Source of the DNA: an uncultured Pseudobdellovibrionaceae bacterium
Lineage (GTDB): Bacteria > Bdellovibrionota > Bdellovibrionia > Bdellovibrionales > UBA1609
NCBI GenBank assembly: GCA_963803705.1
Contig: CAWDNU010000004.1
Location: 480,001-544,000 of the forward strand
Length of the DNA stretch: 64,000 nt
Direction: 5' to 3'
The notes under the pieces were generated by a model that was not told the DNA's origin, made no database searches, and saw only the letters and a program-made list of their open reading frames with translations. The first letter of the stretch is position 1; each line of letters starts with the position of its first letter. Shown here piece by piece: positions 29,896 to 41,128 of the stretch. The position numbers and the translations under genes were made by a program.

Positions 29896-30078
29896 TGTCT
29901 AGCTCAGCTTTAGCCGTGACCGGATTTAGCCTGGAGCTTTTCTTCTGTCTAGTTCACTCGTGCTTACAGCTCTCGCTGGAACTTTCCCTATTCTAGTTCA
30001 CTCGTGCTTACAGCTCTCGCTGGAACTTTCCCTATTCTAGTTCACTCGTGCTTACAGCTCTCGCTGGAACTTTTCTTC
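29896..30078. repeat. 44-bp tandem repeat (about 2.9 identical copies from 29948) plus one divergent 50-bp copy
   Basis: Unit TCTAGTTCACTCGTGCTTACAGCTCTCGCTGGAACTTTCCCTAT starts at 29948, 29992 and 30036. Confidence 0.92.
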
Positions 30079-30502
30079 AATTAGGTTTTTTCGCAGCGAT
30101 AGAAATATCTTCTATACCGGCTAGTTTCACCTGGTCCATTACTTCAATTAGTGTATTCGTTTCAGAGCCTTTGTCTGCTTGTATAACCACTCCACCATCA
30201 GGGCTTTCTGCTTTCAAACGCTCGATGTTCGAACGAACCGCTCGTATGTCAATCTGTCTATTTTGAATCCACACATCGTTAGTGGCAGAAATTGCAACAA
30301 GAATGTGGGCGTTGTCCTGGGTAGCTGCAGATTTTGCAGATGGTCTTGAAACCTCTAAACCTGACTCTTTGACGAAAGACGTTGATACAATAAAAAATAT
30401 TAGCAAAATAAAAACCACGTCCAACATGGGTGTCAAATCTACCTGTGCCTCTTCTTCGGTACTTTGGTTAAAATCAATATTTACTTTTGATCTTTTACTC
30501 AA
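30077..30502 (-). CDS. exbD: Biopolymer transport protein ExbD
   Basis: DLTPMLDVVFILLIFFIV; VVIQAD. Confidence 0.93.
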   Translation of the reverse strand: MSKRSKVNIDFNQSTEEEAQVDLTPMLDVVFILLIFFIVSTSFVKESGLEVSRPSAKSAATQDNAHILVAISATNDVWIQNRQIDIRAVRSNIERLKAESPDGGVVIQADKGSETNTLIEVMDQVKLAGIEDISIAAKKPN

Positions 30503-31037
30503 CAGAGCCTCCCATGGACCACTTTGCTAAAAACTCGGTGATCAATTCGCCTTTAGCTTTCATCTGTGCCTTTATATAATTAATGAAAAACAGACCGGTT
30601 AAGGCTCCAACCATTCCTGCCATTGTAGGAATCGTGGCTTTAGAAATGCCACTAGCCATTGCCCTTGCATTTCCAGATCCGGCCACAGCCATAACGTCAA
30701 AAACAGATATCATCCCGGTGACCGTGCCAAGCAAACCAAAAAGTGGCGCTAGCATAACCATAAGCTGAATAAGTGAAATATGAGACTTCATTTTTTGCTT
30801 CAGTTGCGAAAGGTGCATTCCAACTCTTTCAGATTCCATAATATTATGGTTATTTTCTAACTGCGATAAAGTAGACTTAAACTTAGTGAAGTCCTCATTG
30901 AACTCATTTCTAAAATAGAAATATTTTTGAGTGGCATAAAACCACATAATTAAAAATTGAATAAATATCAGGGACAGAACAAAGCCGCCTTTCTCAAAAA
31001 TACTTGTAAAAGAGTCTACAAAAAAGCCAACAGGCAT
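30495..31037 (-). CDS. exbB: MotA/TolQ/ExbB proton channel (short ExbB)
   Basis: APLFGLLGTVTGMI; GISKATIPTMAG. Confidence 0.88.
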   Translation of the reverse strand: MPVGFFVDSFTSIFEKGGFVLSLIFIQFLIMWFYATQKYFYFRNEFNEDFTKFKSTLSQLENNHNIMESERVGMHLSQLKQKMKSHISLIQLMVMLAPLFGLLGTVTGMISVFDVMAVAGSGNARAMASGISKATIPTMAGMVGALTGLFFINYIKAQMKAKGELITEFLAKWSMGGSVE

Positions 31038-32404
31038 TAAGAGTTACCCTTGTTTTTCTTTAATTCGACTTCAGCCATCATCCCAGCAAGTTGTTCATTT
31101 AGAAACACTAAAATTTTCTGGTATTTAGTGTTTACGTGATTGTAAATCACCAGCAAAGGAATGGCACAGACCAAGCCCAGCACAGTTGTAACCAGAGCTT
31201 GCGAAATACCACCGGCCATTAATTTAGGGTCTCCAGATCCAAACATTGTTATAGACTGAAAAGTCAAAATCATACCTGTGACAGTTCCAAGCAGTCCTAA
31301 AAGCGGAGCAACACCTGCAAACGTCTTGATTGTGCTTAAGCCACGCTCTAACTTTGGTTTTTCATGCAACACGACTTCTGAAAGTTTTAAAGATAATGCA
31401 TCTGATTCTGAGTCATATTTGTACTTTTGAAAGACTTCGATTAGCGCGGCCAGAGGATTGCCTTGTATTGGTTTGTCCATATTTTTAAGTTGTAGTTTCA
31501 TCTGTCTTTCTAGTCTGGCGTAGTAGATCAATCTTTCTAGAGCAAGTCCAAAGCCAGCAATCAATAAAACAAAAATCACATATCCGACAAGGCCACCTTG
31601 ATGAAAGCGCTCCATAACTGTTGGAGCTTGAATTAAAGTTTCAAGTAAGGCCCCTTTCGAAGGATCGATGCTTACAACAGATAAAGTTCCAGCGCTAGCA
31701 GCAGTAAAATCATCTAAGTTTTTTGTAAAGGTCCTAGATGGTTGTCTAGGATAGACCTGCAAAGTTTTAGACTTATTATCAAAACTCAAAAATTTGTTAC
31801 CAGTAAACGTGTTGAAAGCTCCGACTCTGGTTACAACTTTATTTTCTTTAATGCCTTTTTCATTCATCACTTTAGTTTGAAAATTCGGAGTCTGGCTTTG
31901 CAAGGTCATTTCTTGCTGCAACAGAAACCAAAAATTTTCAAGCTCTGCATACTCGGGTAAACGTTTTGTTTGAGCAAGTTTTTGAATATCCTTAAAGCGC
32001 TTAAAATTTTCGGCTGAGGTGGCTGAATTTAAAATTAGCGTGTTAAAATCCCCAGCGCTCTGTCTCAGGGTTCCGTAAAGTTCACCGAAAGCACCCATTA
32101 CCTGGTTTTTCTTTTCTTCTAGTGCTTGAAGCTCTTTTTCGTTGGTATCAAACGATTTTCCCAAACTAAGACTTTCATTTTGCAAATTTTTAAGTTCGCG
32201 TCCAGCTTTATTAACTAGGGCCAACTGTTTGGCCTTGGATGTTTCGAATTCCGATTCTCTTTTTTTCCAAAGCTCTGATTCGTTAGATTTTTCGTCTTGA
32301 ATCTTTTGAAGCAGTACCTCTAGCTTCTTATTTGCAAAACTAGGGGTGAAGATAAAACTACATGCTAAAATAAATAGAGTTGGTTTTAGGACTAAGTTAA
32401 ACAT
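31037..32404 (-). CDS. TtpC-type ExbB with a large periplasmic N-terminal domain
   Basis: Signal peptide and coiled coil; IDPSKG; APLLGLLGTVTGMI; GDPKLMAGGISQAL. Confidence 0.85.
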   Translation of the reverse strand: MFNLVLKPTLFILACSFIFTPSFANKKLEVLLQKIQDEKSNESELWKKRESEFETSKAKQLALVNKAGRELKNLQNESLSLGKSFDTNEKELQALEEKKNQVMGAFGELYGTLRQSAGDFNTLILNSATSAENFKRFKDIQKLAQTKRLPEYAELENFWFLLQQEMTLQSQTPNFQTKVMNEKGIKENKVVTRVGAFNTFTGNKFLSFDNKSKTLQVYPRQPSRTFTKNLDDFTAASAGTLSVVSIDPSKGALLETLIQAPTVMERFHQGGLVGYVIFVLLIAGFGLALERLIYYARLERQMKLQLKNMDKPIQGNPLAALIEVFQKYKYDSESDALSLKLSEVVLHEKPKLERGLSTIKTFAGVAPLLGLLGTVTGMILTFQSITMFGSGDPKLMAGGISQALVTTVLGLVCAIPLLVIYNHVNTKYQKILVFLNEQLAGMMAEVELKKNKGNS

Positions 32405-33384
32405 TATAAACTCACCTCGTCTTGATCTGATTTATCTAGTTTTGATTCAGCTGGTTTCAATTTAGCTGGTTGCAAATTAGCTGATTTTAATCTGGATGAT
32501 CTCAAATTACCGACTTCAGACCTGATAATAGGTAGGGTCAGTAAACTTGGTGAGGACTGCTTGTTCGCAACCTTAACTGCTTTTTCAATGTAAGACCTTT
32601 CTGAACCACTTAAAGGTAACCATGCGTTTTTATTTAGATCCCATACTCCAGCTTTTTTTCGGTCTTTTGTAATGTAATAAAGCCCAACGCGCCCCACTTT
32701 TAAAAACTCAACACTTTGCTCTTGGTCTTTTAGGTCAATAGTATCCATATAGGTTTCAATAGTTGCTCCATACTCATTTTCAACTAAATAAGCCTCTAGA
32801 ACTTTCCGGTACTTTTCTGATAAGCTAACGCCGGATTTAACAAACAGCGCCTCTAAATCCTTAACTCGCTTTTGTCTTTCCTTAGGTAAAAACGGTAAAT
32901 CGGCTGCGACAAATTCTGCAAGGGAATCTTTCATCTTCACCATCAGCGGAGCAACTTTTTTAGTCGTCTCTTGAACACTAATGATCTCTTCAGCTATTTT
33001 AGCTTTTTCATCTTTTTGAGATGCGATCACTTCTTTAAGCTGATCATTGTAAATTCTTGTATTCTCAATACTTTGAAGCACTTGCCGATACTTGGTTTTT
33101 AAACTTTGAGTCTCTTCAAAGGTTTTGTCTACTTTTTTCTGTGACTCTTTTGCAACTTCTAAGTTTGCTTTTTGTTCAGCCTCTGCCGTTTTAATGGTGG
33201 CAGCTGAGCTAATATTCAGATTGGTAAAAAAGATAAGTAAGGCTAAAAACCAAATAGCTGTTACTGATTGATAGTATAGCTCATTTAATGATTCCATTTT
33301 TTTTCTCGCCGGCATCAAATTTGGTGCCACATCAAAATAATATTGGTTTGCATCTTTTAGAAACTTCGTTGAACCATATTTCAT
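32404..33384 (-). CDS. DUF3450 family protein (TtpB-like)
   Basis: DLPFLPKER; SEKYRKVLEAY; EFLKVGRVGLYY; start uncertain. Confidence 0.85.
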   Translation of the reverse strand: MKYGSTKFLKDANQYYFDVAPNLMPARKKMESLNELYYQSVTAIWFLALLIFFTNLNISSAATIKTAEAEQKANLEVAKESQKKVDKTFEETQSLKTKYRQVLQSIENTRIYNDQLKEVIASQKDEKAKIAEEIISVQETTKKVAPLMVKMKDSLAEFVAADLPFLPKERQKRVKDLEALFVKSGVSLSEKYRKVLEAYLVENEYGATIETYMDTIDLKDQEQSVEFLKVGRVGLYYITKDRKKAGVWDLNKNAWLPLSGSERSYIEKAVKVANKQSSPSLLTLPIIRSEVGNLRSSRLKSANLQPAKLKPAESKLDKSDQDEVSL

Positions 33385-33472
33385 AGATTAGCCTCGTAGC
33401 TTTTTGATCTTAAAATTTTAGTTGAAAATTTTTTTTTCATTTCATGTCCTTACTTTCAATTTATCACTACTG

Positions 33473-36280
33473 TTAAAAGTTTCTAGATAGTCTCATAAAT
33501 ACCTCTGGTCCCCTTTGGGAAAACAGCCCCGGACTAAAGGGGTCATTAGGATTAGATGAGTCTAATGGCGGTGTCGTACCTAACAAGTTGATGACCCCTA
33601 AAGTTAAATTAGTATCTTCTATTCCAGAGTAATTATAAGAAAGGTCAAAGCGAGAATAAGAGTCCACATAGGTAGCCCGGTCCGCACCTTTAAATTTATC
33701 AGTAGATACAACAGATAGTCTTAGATCATTACTTAGCAGTTTGTAGGCAACGCTAAACTGATTTCTCCACTTTGGCACTAAACCGGCAGTAACATCGTCT
33801 CTAGAATCTAACCCAGGAAATGGTATAGCTTCTTGCCACAACCTAAATGAAGCAGCTTCGCTAAATATCAATGTGCCCAAAGGAAGTCCTAACTTATAAT
33901 TTATTCCTAGATCCAAGCCTGCGCTTTTTTGGTCGATAAGATTTACTAGTGGTGCAACGATTGGATTAGTTTGGTCTAAATTTCCGTTGATATCTCGGTT
34001 CATTTGAAAACCCACAGTCGATGGGTCAATGCCCAGCAACTCAGCTTGAGTTGCCTCGAAAAGTGTTCCAGGTGTTCCTCCAGCAATCAGACCTTCTTGA
34101 TCGACTGCCCAGAAATCTAACGAGATATCAAACAAGTTAGAAGGCTCATAAACAAAACCAGCAGAATAAGAAAACGAAGTTATAGCGTCCAAGTCTTCGT
34201 TACCACCCGAAACAACCCGGTACTGATTCGGATCGCAACTAGTGGACCCAGGCCCATCGCGGTCACAAGCAACATTATCTATGAACCGTTCAAAACCGTC
34301 GCTTCGTGTTTGGTACAATAGGAATAAGGCTGGAGCCTTAAATCCAGTGCCTACAGTTGATCTAAACATCAGATCAGACGTGGGTCTGAATTTGATCCCC
34401 AGCTTAGGATTAAAAGTATCACCAAAGTCACTGAATTTATCGTATCGTCCAGACAAATAAACATCTACTGACTTTGAAAGTCTACCGTTTAATTGCCCAT
34501 ACACAGCATAAATATCACGTTCGGCGCTACCATTGGAACCAGCGCCGGTAAGTGTTTCCGCGCGCTCAGAAAGCTTATCAACAGTGTTTGTGTAATCTCT
34601 TTTAATATAGTTGAAGCCCATGTCCAAGACGTAGGGTGCCCCGAAAATTTCGCCAAGTTCACCGCTGAACTTAAGATCTGCAGTATAGAAGTTTGCAATC
34701 TGAGTTGCAGTCGGTGTGTAAGATGCCGCATCTAGACTGCCTTGCGCGCCAAGCGGCGCAAATGGATTGAACTGTCCTCCAGCCACATCCGTTCCAATCA
34801 AATCTACAAGCTGGCTTTTTACTGCGTTACCCAAATTGACCGATTCACTTCGGTCGCGACCATAACTACCTGCTAAAGTGACTGACCAAGTGTCAAAAAA
34901 CTCGTGGACTAAGCCTGAAGACAAACCAAAGAAATTAGTTTCTTGAGAGGAGTCACGATTTCCTAGTGGGGTAGCTCTGAAGCCAATATCCATATCATTA
35001 CCACTAGTATGGTTAGGCAACGCAAAGGTGTCAGCCACCGCGGCTGGTATTGTAAAAAAACCTGGAGCAGGAGCAAAAACATAATTGGTAATGGATCGAT
35101 TGTAAAAAAACTCAGAGTACACACGAGTAAAGTCGCTGAACTTGTGATCCAAATGGGTAAAAATGGCCAGCTGATCTATTTCTGGCAGGGTGGTTGCCTG
35201 ATCACCGGCATTGTAACTACAAAAGGTTCCGGATGAGGTGACTAAGAAATCATCTGGATCACATTGTGGAGACGGCGAAAAAGGTTCGCCCACGTCCCTG
35301 TAACTGCCAGGATTACCTAGTTCAATTATATTATCTTTTGACCAGGCTCTTTCACGAGCAAAAATGTTTTGTTTCTGCGTATAGTTCAGAGCAAACGTTA
35401 CATTGCTTTTAGCAGAGGAAGCCCCTGCCAACAAATTTAAGTCAAACTTTTCTCCGCCGCCTAACGTAGTTTGCGTTGCGCCGACATTAACTTGAAAGCC
35501 ATCAAACTCTTTTTGTGTAATAATATTTATTACACCACCAATAGAGTCGGACCCGTAGATACTCGATAGATCATCTTTAATGACAACAATCTCTTTAACT
35601 ATAGCAAGTGGTATACGGTTGATATCGACTACATCGCCACCACTACTTGGGGGGAAGCGAACTCCATTTATTAAAACCAGAGTGTTAGCCTCGCCTAGAC
35701 CGCGCAAATCAACAGCTGCTGCACCGGCCCCTGACGATAAACCTGACGACTCACGGGTTGAACCAAAAGCTGAAACCGGATTATCCCGTAGAAAATCTGC
35801 AATTGATGTCTGACCAGAGGCAAAAATCTGCTCGACACTGATACGTATTTCGGGAGCAGGACCAGCTAAATCCATTTTTTTCAATCGTGAGGATACAACA
35901 TCAGTTGTAACCACTAAAGCGTCTTCGTCTCTTTGGCCTGTAACCAGTGGGTTAGTAGTTTCTTCAGATTCGTTATCTACAGGATCGCCGCCGTAAGCTT
36001 CATCATTTCTTTTTTCTTCTGCTTCTTGGTTGGCTCTACCCGCTTCCTGTTCTGCGTTTGCAATTTCTTTTTCAGCTTGTGCAGCTTCAAGCTCTGCACC
36101 CCTAGCTTTTTTCTCCGAATCGGTAGCTTCCGCCTCAGCGCCTGTAGTTTGCTGACCCTCGTCTTGGACTCGCTGTACTTGATCTTTCTTATTTTCTTGA
36201 GCTTTAGAGCTTAAGGCGAAGACTAATAAAACCAGCGGTATACACGTCCAAAGTTTATTAAGGACAGAACTCTGGTACAT
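33473..36280 (-). CDS. TonB-dependent receptor
   Basis: Plug motifs DLRGLG...TLVLING and SSIYGSDSIGGVINIIT; FNPKLG; C-terminal F; signal peptide from ATG 36280. Confidence 0.92.
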   Translation of the reverse strand: MYQSSVLNKLWTCIPLVLLVFALSSKAQENKKDQVQRVQDEGQQTTGAEAEATDSEKKARGAELEAAQAEKEIANAEQEAGRANQEAEEKRNDEAYGGDPVDNESEETTNPLVTGQRDEDALVVTTDVVSSRLKKMDLAGPAPEIRISVEQIFASGQTSIADFLRDNPVSAFGSTRESSGLSSGAGAAAVDLRGLGEANTLVLINGVRFPPSSGGDVVDINRIPLAIVKEIVVIKDDLSSIYGSDSIGGVINIITQKEFDGFQVNVGATQTTLGGGEKFDLNLLAGASSAKSNVTFALNYTQKQNIFARERAWSKDNIIELGNPGSYRDVGEPFSPSPQCDPDDFLVTSSGTFCSYNAGDQATTLPEIDQLAIFTHLDHKFSDFTRVYSEFFYNRSITNYVFAPAPGFFTIPAAVADTFALPNHTSGNDMDIGFRATPLGNRDSSQETNFFGLSSGLVHEFFDTWSVTLAGSYGRDRSESVNLGNAVKSQLVDLIGTDVAGGQFNPFAPLGAQGSLDAASYTPTATQIANFYTADLKFSGELGEIFGAPYVLDMGFNYIKRDYTNTVDKLSERAETLTGAGSNGSAERDIYAVYGQLNGRLSKSVDVYLSGRYDKFSDFGDTFNPKLGIKFRPTSDLMFRSTVGTGFKAPALFLLYQTRSDGFERFIDNVACDRDGPGSTSCDPNQYRVVSGGNEDLDAITSFSYSAGFVYEPSNLFDISLDFWAVDQEGLIAGGTPGTLFEATQAELLGIDPSTVGFQMNRDINGNLDQTNPIVAPLVNLIDQKSAGLDLGINYKLGLPLGTLIFSEAASFRLWQEAIPFPGLDSRDDVTAGLVPKWRNQFSVAYKLLSNDLRLSVVSTDKFKGADRATYVDSYSRFDLSYNYSGIEDTNLTLGVINLLGTTPPLDSSNPNDPFSPGLFSQRGPEVFMRLSRNF

Positions 36281-36733
36281 AAGTAAATAAATTTTATGTT
36301 GATTGCGCAAACTAAGAGACATCACTAAAAACTTAATAATAAACAAAAGATCCCCTCTTTGAACAACTCGGTAACTTAGGCAGCTTACTGCCAAGACTTG
36401 AACGAACACCAGAACTTAATCTAGTTACATTTCGAGTCATTAACTTTGTTTTAAACAAATAATAACGCCCCAAATCAAATGTTTAAAACTTCTAGAATCT
36501 ATAACTTATTTTTTTGGCTTTGTTAAGGCGGACTTTTTAAGTGATGCCTTAGCAGTTCATTTTATAAGATTTAAGTGTGTATACCATGTTAGAGCGTTTT
36601 CAAGACCCTTAACCCAAGTAGAAAACGTACCTTTTAACAAGCAAGTTAAAGCCGCACCTCATAATGTCAGTAACCATTCCCCAGTGAATAATAATGGAAG
36701 GTATTTTTTTCACGATTTAAACACGGAGTTCTA

Positions 36734-37117
36734 ATGAATAAAGCAGCGCTAGGAGCAAGATATTTGCTTGGTTTGATATTTTTGATATTTGGCTTAAATG
36801 GTTTTCTAGGGTTTATACCCTTACCGCCACCTTCTCCAGAAGGGGGGGCATTTTTAGGTGCTTTAGCTGCAACAGGATACATGTTCCCCATAATTAAACT
36901 GACTGAAATTACAGGCGGACTGTTACTTTTGACAGGTTTTTGGTTCCCACTGGCACAAATTATTTTAGCACCCATTACGATTAATATTTTTCTATATCAT
37001 CTTATTTTAGACCCTAGTGTTGAAAGCTTAATGCTTCCAATAATTTTAGTGATAGGACAAGTTATAATGGGTTATGTGCACTTTAACAGATTTGAGTCTT
37101 TGTTTAAAAAGGCTTAA
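36734..37117 (+). CDS. DoxX-family membrane protein
   Basis: ARYLLGLIFLIFGLNGF; EITGGLLLL; four TM helices. Confidence 0.85.
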   Translation: MNKAALGARYLLGLIFLIFGLNGFLGFIPLPPPSPEGGAFLGALAATGYMFPIIKLTEITGGLLLLTGFWFPLAQIILAPITINIFLYHLILDPSVESLMLPIILVIGQVIMGYVHFNRFESLFKKA

Positions 37118-37127
37118 GAAGCTCTAT

Positions 37128-37880
37128 ATGTTCAAACTTAGAAAATCTGAAGACCGTGGTTTCGCTGACCACGGTTGGCTAAAAGCCAAACACACTTTTT
37201 CATTTGCAAGCTATTTTGACCCTGAATTTACAGGATTTAGAGATTTAAAAGTAATCAACCAAGACATAGTTTCGCCTAAGATGGGTTTCAACACCCACCC
37301 ACATAAAGATATGGAAATAATTACTTACGTGATAAGCGGAACTATAAAACACAAAGACAGTTTGGGAAATGAATACGAAATTAGCGAAGGCGAAATGCAA
37401 GTGATGTCTGCAGGGACAGGCGTCAGCCACAGTGAATTTAACCCTTCTGATAAAGATGATCTAGAATTGATGCAGATATGGGTTTCAACAGACAGACTTG
37501 GTCACGCGCCTTCTTATGATCAATTTAAACTTAAAAAAGAAGATAAACTTAACACACTTAAACTAGTGGTCGAGCCCCATGATCATCAAACCAAACTAGC
37601 TAACTCAGCTGCACTTAAGATTCACCAAAGTGTATGTCTTTATGCTAGTATTTTAGAGGAAAACGATGAGCTTAATTTTGAATTTGACTCTAACAGATAC
37701 GGCTGGATTCAGCTTATATCAGGGGAACTTGTCGTAGCAACACTTGATACATCTGCATTTCAAGGTGGTTTTTTAGAAGAAAAGCTAAGACCTGGCGACG
37801 GTTTAGAAATCACGTGCGCCAAAACTATTCGAATTTTAGCTAGTAAAACCGCCGACTTTTTGCTTTTCGACCTAAATTAA
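37128..37880 (+). CDS. Pirin family protein (YhhW-like)
   Basis: HGWL; HPHKDMEI; H-K-DSLGN; MSAGTGVSHSE; start at ATG 37128. Confidence 0.92.
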   Translation: MFKLRKSEDRGFADHGWLKAKHTFSFASYFDPEFTGFRDLKVINQDIVSPKMGFNTHPHKDMEIITYVISGTIKHKDSLGNEYEISEGEMQVMSAGTGVSHSEFNPSDKDDLELMQIWVSTDRLGHAPSYDQFKLKKEDKLNTLKLVVEPHDHQTKLANSAALKIHQSVCLYASILEENDELNFEFDSNRYGWIQLISGELVVATLDTSAFQGGFLEEKLRPGDGLEITCAKTIRILASKTADFLLFDLN

Positions 37881-38185
37881 AATTTCGCTTAAAAGTTTCA
37901 GTAAGATCTTGGTCTAATAATAAAAGTTGTATAATTTTCAAAAACCTCGTGTGAAACTTCTTTGATGGTTGCAAGTTCGTCTGTAAAATTGTTCTGAATC
38001 GTCACATGTATTCGCAATTTATTTGCAAATACATTTCTTTGATAACTGTCTATGACAAGTTCTATATGACAAACCCCAGAGATCCGTTCACCAGGATTAT
38101 TAACACTTATCGCTACTGAGGGGTGATTTACAAAATTGGATTTAATTTTTTGATATTTAAAACTACATAACGAATCGAAAGAAAT

Positions 38186-39397
38186 CTAAACGCTATAAAA
38201 CAAATCACGCCAAGACGATTGAATGTTTTGAACCTTTGAAGTGTACCCTGGTAACAGGGCACCAAAATGATTTTCATAGCCCAGGCTTGTAGCTGCATTA
38301 TATGTGTAGGCACAAATCACTTCAGGTAAAGTCATTTTCATTTCAAGCCGGGCCAAAATACCTACGAAATTTATATTTTGAGTGGGACTACTTCCCGGGT
38401 TAAAATCTGTAGCTAGACTTACTTGCCCACCCTCATCCAGCATTTTTCTAGCTTTAGGATACTTGATTTTTAAATAGAAATCGGCTGAAGGTAGCAAGTT
38501 AAAAACTGTATTCAGTTTAGCCACTTTTTGAATTTCGCTGTCTTTCATATTTACGCAATGGCTGATAGACATTGCCCCAAGCTTTGCGGCCTTTAAACCA
38601 TATCCAAGTGATGTAAGTTGATCCGTGTGGGCTGTAAATGTCCACCCTAATTTTTTTATCTCATGAACTAGAACATTCAAATCTACAGCTTCAAAGTAGC
38701 CTTCATCTAAAAAGATGTCTGCATGCCTTACCTTAGTTTTTTTATGAACAGCAGGTAAATATTTATGAATCACATCATGAACGTAATCTACTTTAGACTT
38801 TCTATGGATAGCATGCAGTCCTAAAAAGGTAGGACGAATCAGAACCCCCGTAAGTGAGTCCATAACCATTAGACATTTAAGTTCTGTTTTTAAATCTGGA
38901 CCGTATCCAGATTTAGACTCAAGCAAAACAACACCTTGTTGCTTAAAGTTATTAACTCTTTGTTGAGCCAAAGCTTTTAATTCTTCAAAAGAGCTTTTTT
39001 TAGTATGCTGACAGGTAAATTTGATACCACCACCAAGCTTTGCAATCTCTTGGTAGGAAACACCCTGATTTCGAAGTTCAAATTCGTGTTGTCTGTCTCC
39101 TGAAAAGACCAAATGCGTGTGAGATTCGACGTAACCTGGTATTAAAAAACCTGAAATCTTTTTTTCACTGATTTGACCAAGAGTTTTTTTATTTTTTTTA
39201 TAAAAACCATTGAACTCTTTTTGTGTACCAACAAAGACAATCTTTTTATTATCTTTTAGTAAAAGTGGCTTTTTTATTAAGCCCAAGTCTTTTTCCTCAA
39301 CGTATCGACCCTTCTTTTGTACAACGCCCTTAAGGGTCAAAGCCTCCTCAGCCCCAACTTGTAAAGTCAAACGTGGTTTAGGTTTATTTATATCCAC
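38186..39397 (-). CDS. hutI: Imidazolonepropionase
   Basis: [25 protein letters not shown]. Confidence 0.92.
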   Translation of the reverse strand: MDINKPKPRLTLQVGAEEALTLKGVVQKKGRYVEEKDLGLIKKPLLLKDNKKIVFVGTQKEFNGFYKKNKKTLGQISEKKISGFLIPGYVESHTHLVFSGDRQHEFELRNQGVSYQEIAKLGGGIKFTCQHTKKSSFEELKALAQQRVNNFKQQGVVLLESKSGYGPDLKTELKCLMVMDSLTGVLIRPTFLGLHAIHRKSKVDYVHDVIHKYLPAVHKKTKVRHADIFLDEGYFEAVDLNVLVHEIKKLGWTFTAHTDQLTSLGYGLKAAKLGAMSISHCVNMKDSEIQKVAKLNTVFNLLPSADFYLKIKYPKARKMLDEGGQVSLATDFNPGSSPTQNINFVGILARLEMKMTLPEVICAYTYNAATSLGYENHFGALLPGYTSKVQNIQSSWRDLFYSV

Positions 39398-41022
39398 AAA
39401 GATTTCACTCCTCTATCCTTTGCCGTTTGAACAGCATCTTCATATCCCGCATCCACATGTCTGAAGACACCCATTGCAGGGTCTGCAGTCAACACTCTTT
39501 CAAGACACTGCTTTGCCCTGTCAGTGCCGTCAGCTAAAATAACTTGCCCAGCATGCTGGCTATAGCCCATTCCCACTCCCCCACCGTGGTGAAGACTTAC
39601 CCAAGTTGCGCCACAAGCGGTGTTCACCATCGCATTTAAAAGTGGCCAGTCTGAAACTGCATCTGAACCATCTAGCATAGCTTCGGTTTCTCTATTGGGG
39701 GATGCTACAGACCCACAATCTAAATGATCTCGACCTATAACGATTGGCGCTTTTACTTTTTTTTGTTTAACCAGTTCGTTAAACATAAGACCTGCCTTCA
39801 TACGCTCGCCGTATTCCAACCAGCAGATACGCGCCGGTAAACCTTGAAAAGCGATACGTTCTCGAGCTTGGTTTAACCAATGAATCATATGGGTCTTTTG
39901 CGGAAACAATTTTTTTAATGCCTCGTCGGTAGTATAAATATCTTCAGGATCCCCACTTAGAGCTACCCAACGAAATGGCCCGCTGCCTTTGCAAAATAAA
40001 GGACGAATATACTCAGGTACAAAACCTGGTATATCGAATGCATTTTCAACACCCATATCTTGGGCCATGGCTCTAATATTATTACCATAGTCGAATGTAA
40101 TTGCGCCTAGTTTTTTCATATTAAGCATTGCCTGAACGTGAACGGCCATGGACTTTTTTGAAAGCTCAACGTACTTAACTGGATCAGATTCTCGAAGCTG
40201 ATCAGCTTGTTCTAAATTATAGCCCTCTGGTATATAACCATTTAAAGGATCATGAGCAGAGGTTTGATCTGTTAATAGGTCTGGAATAATGTTTTCTTTA
40301 ACAAATCTTGGCAACACTTCAGCCATGTTAGCACACAGGGCAACGCTTTTAGCCACGCCTTGCTGATTGTACCTTTTTATTCTTTCGATAGCGTCCTCAA
40401 AGCTTGTCGCAACTTCGTCCACATATTTAGTTTTTACTCTTTTTTCAATTCTTTCGGGATCCACTTCGATAGCCAAAACGCTTGCACCTGCAAAGACACC
40501 AGCCAGCGGCTGAGCGCCGCCCATGCCACCAAGACCAGCAGTCAAAATCCACTTTCCTTTAAGGCTACCATTAAAGTGTTTACGCCCAGCCTCAACAAAG
40601 CTTTCATAAGTACCCTGGACAATTCCCTGGGTTCCAATATAAATCCATGAACCAGCAGTCATTTGCCCGTACATCATCAACCCTTGTTTATCTAATTCGT
40701 GAAATTTGTCCCAGGTGGCCCACTTAGGCACCAAGTTCGAATTGGCAATCAAAACACGCGGTGCTTGATCGTGAGTCTTTATAATACCTATAGGTTTTCC
40801 TGACTGAACCAACAAGGTTTCGTCATTTTCTAAGGTCTTGAGTGCCGATAAAATTTTATCTAAACACTCTTGATTTCTGGCAGCTTTGCCAAGCCCTCCG
40901 TAGACAATTAACTCATCTGGACGCTCAGCTACTTCAGGATCTAAATTGTTTTGAATCATTCTGTAAGCCGCTTCTTGCGGCCAACCTTTGCAATTTAGTG
41001 TATCTCCAGTTGGTGCTTTCAC
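39388..41022 (-). CDS. hutU: Urocanate hydratase
   Basis: [29 protein letters not shown]. Confidence 0.97.
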   Translation of the reverse strand: MKAPTGDTLNCKGWPQEAAYRMIQNNLDPEVAERPDELIVYGGLGKAARNQECLDKILSALKTLENDETLLVQSGKPIGIIKTHDQAPRVLIANSNLVPKWATWDKFHELDKQGLMMYGQMTAGSWIYIGTQGIVQGTYESFVEAGRKHFNGSLKGKWILTAGLGGMGGAQPLAGVFAGASVLAIEVDPERIEKRVKTKYVDEVATSFEDAIERIKRYNQQGVAKSVALCANMAEVLPRFVKENIIPDLLTDQTSAHDPLNGYIPEGYNLEQADQLRESDPVKYVELSKKSMAVHVQAMLNMKKLGAITFDYGNNIRAMAQDMGVENAFDIPGFVPEYIRPLFCKGSGPFRWVALSGDPEDIYTTDEALKKLFPQKTHMIHWLNQARERIAFQGLPARICWLEYGERMKAGLMFNELVKQKKVKAPIVIGRDHLDCGSVASPNRETEAMLDGSDAVSDWPLLNAMVNTACGATWVSLHHGGGVGMGYSQHAGQVILADGTDRAKQCLERVLTADPAMGVFRHVDAGYEDAVQTAKDRGVKSLWI

Positions 41023-41128
41023 TTTGTGTCCTCCCAGACTCTAAATATGACTTTAGTTTCAGTTAATTAGTTTGTTACATTTACTGAAAGTCTAACGTTA
41101 GATCATGTCTTTTGAAAGCCTTGTTGGG

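Noticed and set aside
29896..30078. Possible mini-CRISPR array
   Set aside because: The would-be spacers are identical in three of four units and no cas genes are present; it is a tandem repeat
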